A DNA stretch of 64,000 nucleotides from Eledone cirrhosa (Eukaryota): assembly GCA_964016885.1 (NCBI GenBank), contig OZ024740.1:200446001-200510000 (forward strand). The letters run 5' to 3'. The notes beneath the pieces are model-generated. The model ran no database searches, was not told the DNA's origin, and saw nothing but the letters and a program-made list of their open reading frames with translations. Below, piece after piece: positions 55,857 through 64,000 of this stretch. Made by a program: the position numbers and the translations under genes. The first letter of the stretch is position 1. The number at the start of each line of letters is the position of its first letter.

Positions 55857-56552
55857 TTCTTTGAGTCTCAGTCATTGATGTTAGTTAACTGGAAAGTTTG
55901 TTGAAATGAATATCAAGCAACTACCTTGAGCCTCAGATATTCAGGACGTATCGGAGAGTTCTTGCTGTTCCCAGCAAGCCTTTTGAAGTGTTCCATTTTT
56001 CTTTAACCATCCCTGGAAACTTTTTGAGATAGTACCTAGTGCGCCTATGACAATCGGGACCACTTTGACTTCATGGCAGTTCCAAATCCTTTTTACCTCC
56101 AACTTTAAGTCCTGGTATCGGTTAATTTTCTCCCTCTCCTTCTCTTGCACTCTCGTGTCGAATAGGCAGGCCACATCCACAATCAAGCACGATCTTTTTT
56201 CCTTGTCCAAAACCACCAGGTCAGGTCTATTGTGTTCCAGTTTCTTGTCCGTCTGTATCCTAAAATCCCATAGCACCTTCACCTGATCGTTTTCTATCAC
56301 CGACTCTGGCTTATGCTCATACCACTTCTCAGAATGTGGTAAATTGTTTACTTTGCATAGGTACCAGTGGATCACCCTGCCCATCACATCATGTCTCCAG
56401 CCTTTATAGTAAGTCTGGGCTAGGTGTTTACAACACTCGGATACAATGTGAGCCACAGTCTCCTCTCTCTCTCCACAGATCCTGCACAGTAGTCTAGCCT
56501 CCTCCTTGTAAATATGGTGTTTCAGCCACTTCGTTTTGAGAGCCTGCTCTTG
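55857..56552 (-). mobile_element. 5'-truncated R4/Dong copy (RLE domain plus 3'UTR)
   Basis: Diverged paralog of 56587-57305; flanked by (TAA)n-like tracts. Confidence 0.88.
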
Positions 56553-56586
56553 CGCTTATTATTATTATTATTATTATTGTTATTGT

Positions 56587-59500
56587 TATTCCTTGAATCT
56601 CAGTCATTGATGTTGGTTAACTGGAAAGTCCGTTGGATTGAATATCAAGCCACTACCTGCAGCCTCAGATATTCAGGACGTATCGGAGGGTTCTTGCTGT
56701 TCCAAGCAAGCATGCCTTTTGAAGCGTTCCAAAAAGCGTGAAGGGGCCGATTTTCTTTAACCATCCCTGGAAACTTTTGGAGATAGTCCCCAGTGCGCCT
56801 ATGACAATCGGGATCACTTTGACTTCATGGCAGTTCCAAATCCTTTTCACCTCCCACTTTAGGTCCTGGTATCGGTTAATTTTCTCCCTCTCCTTCTCTT
56901 GCACTCTCGTGTCGAACGGGCAGGCCACATCCACAATCAAGCACGATCTTTTTTCTTTGTCCACAACCACCAGGTCAGGTCTATTGTGTTCCAGTTTTTT
57001 GTCCGTCTGTATCCTAAAATCCCACAGCACCTTCACCTGATTGTTCTCCATCACCGCCTCTGGCCTATGCTCATACCATTTCTCAGAATGTGGTAAATTG
57101 TTTACTTTGCACAGGTGCCAGTGGATCACCCTGCCCATCACATCGTGTCTCCAGCCCTTATAGTGGGTCTGGGCTAGGTGTTTACACTCGGACACAATGT
57201 GAGCCACAGTCTCCTCTCTCTCTCTCCACAGATCCTGCACAGTGGGCTAGCCTCCTCCTTGTAGATATGGTGCTTCAACCACTTCGTTTTGAGGGCCTGC
57301 TCCTGCGCAGCCATTAGCATTCCTTCTGTAGCCTTTTTGAGGTCTCCTCTTCTCAACCAGTTCCATGTCTGTGGATCTCTAAATTCAGTTTTCTCAAAGA
57401 AGGTACTATGAAGGGATTTTCCCTTAAGGCTGCTCTTCCTCCTTGATGTTATTTCTTCCTTGGACATCCCCTGGCCTACTGTCCCCTCCTTCAGTACAGT
57501 TCTGAGCATTGGCTCCTTACTATAGGTCACGTATTTGTATAGGTTGTTTTTCTCCATCTGAACACAGTCCTCTATGCTGATAAGACCTCTTCCACCCTCA
57601 GATCTCCTTAGGTAGAGTCTATCGACATCACTCCTCTTGTGGAACATGTAGATAGTCAATAGCTTCCTAGTCTTCCTATCCATTTCTTTTTGTTCTGCCA
57701 CATTCCATCTCAGAATTCCTGCACTGTACCTAATAATAGACACAGCTCGGGAATTTACTGCGCTTATGGCATTTCTGCTGTTCAGATGTGACTTCAATAC
57801 GCTCCTTACTCTCCGAATGTATTCAGTTCTTAACAATTCCTTCATTTTTTTGTTCTTTATGCCATCAGCCTCCAGAACGCCCAAATACTTGTATCCTTCC
57901 TCAGAGTCAATTTCCTTTATCATCTCACCTGTTGGTATCTGGATCCCGTTACTTCTGCTCAACCTGCCTCTCTTCATCACAATGACTCCACATTTACCAA
58001 TACCAAACTGCATACATATATCACTGCTGAAAATACGGACAGTGTCAACAAGCACATCCAACTCCTTCTCACTTTTCCCGAAGAGCTTAAGATCGTCCAT
58101 GAAGAGGAGGTGATTGATGGTAAGCTCTCCCCTTCCCAACTTGTATCCTGCTCTCACTTTTCGCAGCATAATGGTCAAGGGCATCAGGGCAAGGACAAAC
58201 AACAGAGGGGACAGGCTATCTCCCTGGAAGATACCTCTCTTGATCTTCACGCTTCCCAAGGATACTCCAGTTGATGTCAACTCTGTCTCCCAGGACCCCA
58301 TACTCCTGCCTAGCAACTGTCTGATGTTATCTGCCACCCTGAAGATCTCCAGGCTTTTGGTGATCCAGGAATGAGGCACCATGTCAAATGCCTTTCTGTA
58401 GTCTATCCATCCCATGGCAAGATCAGTGTGTCTCCTCCTGCAATTCCCCATTACCATCTTATCAATAAGCAACTGGTCCTTTGTACCACGTGACTTCTTT
58501 CGGCATCCTTTCTGTTCGTCCGGTAACAAGTTGTTTGTGTGGAGGTGATGGTAGATTTCCTCAGACACAATGCTCGTCAACAGTTTCCACATTACGGACA
58601 GACATGTGATAGGTCTATAGTTGGTAACATCATTACCCTTGATTCGGTCTTTCATTATCAGAACTGTGGTACCTTTTGTCAACCACTCTGGCACCTCACC
58701 CGACACCAAGCAGTCATTGAACATGGCCGTCAGCTTCGGGTGGAGGGATGTTAAATGTTTAATCCAATACCCCTGCACACCATCTGGGCCTGGTGATTTC
58801 CAGTTGGTTAGTTTTTTGGCTTGCCCCTTAAGAGTTTCAACTGTGATACTCAAATCAGTTTGTTGTTGTGCCTGCTCACCGATCTCCCTCTGTACTGTCT
58901 CAATCCACCCAGCCTGGGCATTGTGTCTAACATCCTGCTCCCATATTCCTCTCCAGAATGTTTCAGTTTGTTCCGCCCCAGGGATCAAGTCGTTGCCTCT
59001 TTCTTTCCCCTCAAGCTGTCCAAACAGCATCTTCTGGTTGTTGTCGAACATGCGGTTCTGTTTATACTGACTGACTCTGTTCTCGTATCGCCTGATTTTT
59101 ACACTCTTTGCTACAATGCGTTGCTTCAATTCCTCTATGATAATATTTAGCTTTTTACTCCTAGTTTTGTATTTTATTTCCAGTCTATTTTTAGTGCCTA
59201 TGTTTTTTAGTGTCCCATTCAGTAGTGACTCAAGCTTTCCTATGTCATTCCTCATTTCCCCGATTTGCCCACTCAGTCGCTTCTTCCACCACGGCTCTGC
59301 TCTTTCTTGTCTGTTGTTTCCTCTCGCTTTTATACCAAGTAGTTTCCTCACCGTATTTGCTGTTGCTTTGAGGATATTGTTGCACTGGTGAAGGCTCCTC
59401 GCCTCAAGGTATGGGATGACTTTGTTTACCTTGGCTGTTGTTTCTTTTAACTTTTTCCTGTCTACAAATCTTAGGTTCATAGGTCTCCCACTATCATTGT

Positions 59501-60110
59501 TCAATTCATCTACTACTAGATTTAGGATGTCAACCGAATCTTGTCCTAGCCCGTCAGCATTCATCTCCTCAGTGGCAGTATCTCTGTTTCAGGTATTATT
59601 TATCTCAGTATTCAGATCATTGTCTGCTTCGGGTGGTTCCTCCGTTCTCAGGACCTCTTCACCTTCATTTCCCACTGGCTCGCTTGTCTGGCATACTACA
59701 CCCGCCATCTCCAAGCCATTCTCTCTGCTCAGTTCCTCCAGTTCCAGCTCGCTTATCCACCCATTAGTTCTTATTACCCGAGCCTGCCCGGCCAATTTTT
59801 GTTCATCTAATTTAAATAAACCAATCTCGTTCCAGATGTTATGCATCCGTCTCCTGTAGCCCCTCTCCTTGGGGTTACTTTTCAGGTAGCATTGCATAAC
59901 AGTTCTATTCAATTCTTTCGTCCAGTTGGTTCTGGCCCCTTTCCTTCTTCTTCTTCCTCCAACATCAGCAGTATTTGGTTGACAGTCAGGTTCCTGCTGC
60001 TGAGCCAGGGGGCACCTGTTGGGTGAGAGTCTGTCACATGACGTTCTAGTCTCCATTTCACCGTTATTCGAACTGTTTATGTTCGATATTTAAACACTCT
60101 TATCGAGGAT
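56587..60110 (-). mobile_element. R4/Dong-clade non-LTR retrotransposon (RT, zinc knuckle, restriction-like endonuclease), near full length
   Basis: ORF 60056-56665 with an in-frame TGA at 59589 and a frameshift in (CT)n at ~57220; KSPGPDG, GIFQGDSLSP, FMDDLKL, CRIC..HIVSEC, RHD and NRPDLVV. Confidence 0.92.
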
Positions 60111-61132
60111 TGGCGAATGTATAGTTACATAGCCATCTGTGGATCCGCCATCCCACTTGGCCCTTGTGTGGCATTATCACCACGCTGTATACGAACACAC
60201 ATAAACAAACAAACACACAGGCAGAAAGGGCCCCAAAAATGAATAAGCATAAGTTTCATTGTAATGTAGTGTTCGAATGTCTGACTTAGTTTTTGTTTTT
60301 TAAGTTTTACTTTTTCCCCCCTCTTCTCTGTCCGTCCGCCTGCTTCTCTCTTCATTCTTATTTTCTTTACGTTTTTGGGGTTTCTTTTTTTGTTTTTGTT
60401 TTTCTCTGTTTGTTTTTCTCGTTTTTGCTGTTGTTGCTGTGCTGCTTTGGTTTTGTTGTTTGTTTTTTCTTTTTTCTTTTGAGTCTATCTATATATTTTG
60501 ATGTCTTCCTCTTTGTTAGTAGTAGGAATTCTATAATGTGGAAGTAGCAGCCAGCAGGGAGGAGTGGGAGACTGGCGGCGGTAGCGATACTGAGACAGTG
60601 GTGGTGGTGATGTCGATACCGAGGCAGTGGTGGCGGTGATGTGACCGTATTACTGTAGTGATGGTGCTGTAGCGGTGGCAGTAGTGAAGGAGTCAAGGGG
60701 TGGTGGCGGCGGTGATGGGATAGTGGTGGTAATGATGGCCGTAGTGAGCGGTGGCGGTGAGGGTGAAAATGCCGTTATCTGGCTGTTGTGTTTAGTGTAC
60801 ACAGATGATGGGGTGGGTGGTGTATCTAGTTTCTGGTGTTGGTGAATTTGGCTGTCCTATATAGTGTAGCCAGAGGAGAGGAGGGGGGGTTCTTCTTCCA
60901 TTTATAGCCATTTTCTTTTTTGGATATACAGTGTACAATACAAAGTTGAATATTTGGATATTTGAGCCTTATAACAATATATTTTGGGTCCGAATTTTTT
61001 GGGGCTCAAGCCGGGAGCTTTACGTAGCATTGGTACTAAGAGTTGTTATTTCACAAATGATTTAAATATGTTAAAAATTCAAAGCTTACGGGAGCGATTT
61101 CATGACCTCCGTCACCTCGTGCGTCTTCTTCC

Positions 61133-61133
61133 C

Positions 61134-61171
<38 letters not shown>

Positions 61172-64000
61172 TGCATTTATCTTGCTTTATGTTTATACGA
61201 GTTATCACCAAGTCACAACCAGTGACCTCAAGAGACAACAAGGTCCGCCATGTTCAAGAAAGAACACACATATTCACACATGCATCCTTAGTGTTTAGAC
61301 TTGTGATGTACTTATATTGACAGGATCTTCCTTAGTATATGGGCAGTTCCCATTAGTACTATCTTTTGTATTTCTCCTATACGCGGGTTTCCTGGGATTT
61401 GCGATAAGTAGTCGTTAGACCCCTTAGGTATCATTCCCAGAGCGCCTACAACCACTGGTATTGTTTTAGTTCTCAATTTCCACATTTTTCCAATTTCTAT
61501 CTCCAGGTCCTTATACTTGCTCAATTTTTCAAATGTTTTTATAGATACATTCTTGTCTATTGGAACAGACATATCAATTAGCAGGCATACCCTCCTTTGA
61601 AAGTCCTTCAATATTATATCAGGTCTATTTGCATCTATTTTTCGGTCTGTTTGGATGCTAAAGTTCCACAAGATTGAGATGTGATCTTTTTCAAGTATGG
61701 GAGGTGGTTGATGCTCCCACCAATTCTTTTGATGGGGCAGGTCAAAATGCTTACACATTATCCAATGTATGTATTGTGCAGCTCTGTCATGCCTGTTTAG
61801 GTATTCGTTTGGAGCTATAGGACTGCACATTGAAATTATATGGTCAATGGTCTCTGGTTGTTTTTTGCATACACGGCATAATGGGCTGCACCCATTTTTT
61901 ATTATGTTGGCTTGGTAATTTTTTGTTGGCAGACACTGATCTTGTGCGGATATAATCAGTCCTTCAGTCTCCGATTTCAGTCCAGAGGATGCCAACCACT
62001 GATGGGTTAAAGTTTTGTCAACATCAGGATTGTTAGCTCGCTCTGGGTATTTTCCATACAGAGGCTTTTCTTGCCATTTCTTAGCCAGTTTCTGTAGCAG
62101 TTCTTTCTTTGCAGTTACTTTTACCTGCTTTGCTTTTTCTGTGTTTTCCATTTCAGCAGTAAATGGGACTTCTGAAATTTGTAGTCCATTACTGTATCTT
62201 TGTGCATCTTTTGTAATGGAATATGATCTTTTGGTGCTTTCGTGTTTCAAAACGAGTTTGATCATCCAATCATGTGATTCCCTTAGATATGTGGATAATC
62301 CAATTGTTGCAGTTTTCAACGCAATGTCTAACTGGATTAACCCACGTCCTCCTTCTTTCCTAGGGAGATATATTCTATCTATGTCTGCCTTAGGGTGATG
62401 CATTCTGTGCATGGTTAAGAATTTTCGGATTTTTGTATCGAGCCTACGGATCTCTGTGCTTGACCAGTTGATGACATTGTAACTGTAGGTTACTACTGGT
62501 ATGGCAAGCGTGTTTATGGCATCGATCCTATTCCTTGCATTCAATTCCGTTCTTAAGATTGCTCTGACTCTGCGGTAACATTCCTTCCTTATCCTTTCCC
62601 TCATTGTCGAGTGCTTGATTCCGTCTCCTTCACAAACACCTAGATATTTGTAAGTTTGTTCTTGATCAAGCTCTCTTATCACGTTCCCCCGATCAAGATT
62701 AATGTCTGAACTCTTCAGCAGCTTTCCTCTGGTGAACGTTGCTTTGGCGCATTTATCCAGTCCAAACTCCATTTTAATGTCATCACTGAACTGCTTCACA
62801 GTGGATAATAGCCCTTGCAATTGTTCATCATTTTTTGCAAATAGTTTCAGGTCATCCATGTAGAACAGGTGATTAATGGTTTTGTCATAGACTCTATATC
62901 CATGTTTTGTTTCATTGAGCATTTTACTTAATGGTATAAGTGCGATGCAGAATAAAAGCGGTGATAAAGAGTCACCCTGAAAAATTCCACAATTAATGTT
63001 AACTTCTCCAGCTTCCAGTGATTTTGTTTCACTATTCAAAAGGAGTGTCGTTCTCCATGTCCTCATACTGAATGACAAAAACCTCCTGATAACGGGGGAT
63101 ATTTTGAAAATCTCTAAACATTTTTCAATCCAACTGTGTGGCAAACTATCAAATGCTTTTTTATAATCTATCCAAGCAATCGATAGATTTTTGTGTCTAT
63201 TATGACAATCTTCCAGTATCATTTTGTTAACCAGAAGCTGATCCTTACAGCCATATGAGCCTCGTTTACACCCTTTCTGCTCAATGGGAAATAGGTCATT
63301 TGTTATCAGGTGGTCATATGTGTATTCAGTTAGGACTGATGTTAAAATTTTATACATTGTGGTCAAGCAGGTTATCGGTCTGTAATTTTTGGGATTGTTT
63401 GTCTCATCATTCTTCGGTAGCAGGAATGTAATGCCGTTAACTAGCCATGATGGTATCTTTTCTGGCTCCTTAACTATTTCATTGTAAAGTTGGGCTAACA
63501 GCTCATGAGACTCTGTGAAGGCATTTATCCAAAAGTTTTGTATTTTGTCTTTTCCTGGGGATTTCCATTTGCTGGTTTTTCTTAGAGCCAAGCGCAGCTG
63601 TTCAACTGTTATATTTTCCCATGTTTGTTCTTCAAGGTGAGCTGTTTCTTTCATTTGTCTGTCTATCCATGGGGCATGTATGTTATGAACTTTTTCTTCG
63701 GCCCAGATCTTTTCCCAGAATTCTTGCACTTCCTCCTTGGGTGGTATTGATTTAGCAGTTATTGTTGACTTACCAATTTTTCTGTAGAAGTTTCTTTGGT
63801 TGTTTTTGAACATATTATTGTCCTTATAGAATCTAGATCGTTTTTCAAAGCGCCTTATACGAGCAGCTTTGGCCGACACTTTTTGCTTGATTGTTTCTAT
63901 CAGCATGTCTATGTCACATGTTGATCTTATACTGTACTTTTTTTTCAATTTTCTAAGTTTAGTTTGTTTAACATGTTCACCTACTTTATAGTTTGTTAAA
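61133..64000 (-). mobile_element. Second R4/Dong-family element with (TAA)n 3' flank; continues beyond the window
   Basis: Open frame to the window edge; 3'UTR 61171-61311; (TAA)n at 61133-61170. Confidence 0.92.
61312..63948 (-). CDS. R4/Dong RT-RLE polyprotein, 5'-incomplete and uninterrupted in the window
   Basis: NYRPITCL, GIFQGDSLSP, FYMDDLKL, CRVC..HIISMC, RHD, NRPDII and KLSKYKDL. Confidence 0.9.
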   Translation of the reverse strand: MKKKYSIRSTCDIDMLIETIKQKVSAKAARIRRFEKRSRFYKDNNMFKNNQRNFYRKIGKSTITAKSIPPKEEVQEFWEKIWAEEKVHNIHAPWIDRQMKETAHLEEQTWENITVEQLRLALRKTSKWKSPGKDKIQNFWINAFTESHELLAQLYNEIVKEPEKIPSWLVNGITFLLPKNDETNNPKNYRPITCLTTMYKILTSVLTEYTYDHLITNDLFPIEQKGCKRGSYGCKDQLLVNKMILEDCHNRHKNLSIAWIDYKKAFDSLPHSWIEKCLEIFKISPVIRRFLSFSMRTWRTTLLLNSETKSLEAGEVNINCGIFQGDSLSPLLFCIALIPLSKMLNETKHGYRVYDKTINHLFYMDDLKLFAKNDEQLQGLLSTVKQFSDDIKMEFGLDKCAKATFTRGKLLKSSDINLDRGNVIRELDQEQTYKYLGVCEGDGIKHSTMRERIRKECYRRVRAILRTELNARNRIDAINTLAIPVVTYSYNVINWSSTEIRRLDTKIRKFLTMHRMHHPKADIDRIYLPRKEGGRGLIQLDIALKTATIGLSTYLRESHDWMIKLVLKHESTKRSYSITKDAQRYSNGLQISEVPFTAEMENTEKAKQVKVTAKKELLQKLAKKWQEKPLYGKYPERANNPDVDKTLTHQWLASSGLKSETEGLIISAQDQCLPTKNYQANIIKNGCSPLCRVCKKQPETIDHIISMCSPIAPNEYLNRHDRAAQYIHWIMCKHFDLPHQKNWWEHQPPPILEKDHISILWNFSIQTDRKIDANRPDIILKDFQRRVCLLIDMSVPIDKNVSIKTFEKLSKYKDLEIEIGKMWKLRTKTIPVVVGALGMIPKGSNDYLSQIPGNPRIGEIQKIVLMGTAHILRKILSI

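Noticed and set aside
59589-59591. In-frame TGA in the Dong ORF as programmed readthrough
   Set aside because: It lies in a poorly conserved region of a copy that also has a frameshift, so decay is the simpler explanation.
60095-60190. HDV-like ribozyme at the Dong 5' end
   Set aside because: One helix (GGCGGAU/AUUCGCC) is visible, but I could not build the nested double pseudoknot by eye.
60540-60780. His/Pro-rich ORF in a (GGT)-rich tract
   Set aside because: Low-complexity degenerate trinucleotide repeat.

Overview
This is AT-rich, microsatellite-laden eukaryotic DNA made almost entirely of transposable elements. The SINE family and repeat landscape suggest an octopus or other cephalopod (inference). 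I can support no host gene exon. Contents: many Penelope-like retroelements (PLEs: Naiad-type and Neptune/Nematis-type) with direct and inverted pseudo-LTRs in (TA)n tracts; a decayed Helitron fused to a Tx1/L1-type LINE; an IR/DR Tc1 element; tRNA-type SINEs; a CR1 fragment; and R4/Dong retrotransposons in (TAA)n. Two things stand out. (1) An intact, intronless 2225-aa Helitron-like (HLE2/Helentron-type) Rep-helicase ends in a USP/peptidase-C19-like deubiquitinase domain with Cys box, His box and Asn/Asp motifs, at the position where Helentrons usually carry an AP endonuclease. (2) There are many type I hammerhead ribozyme (HHR) motifs. These include a non-coding ~705-bp tandem unit with one canonical HHR per monomer (retrozyme candidate) and several variant cores. 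All RNA folds were done by eye, and element boundaries are approximate.
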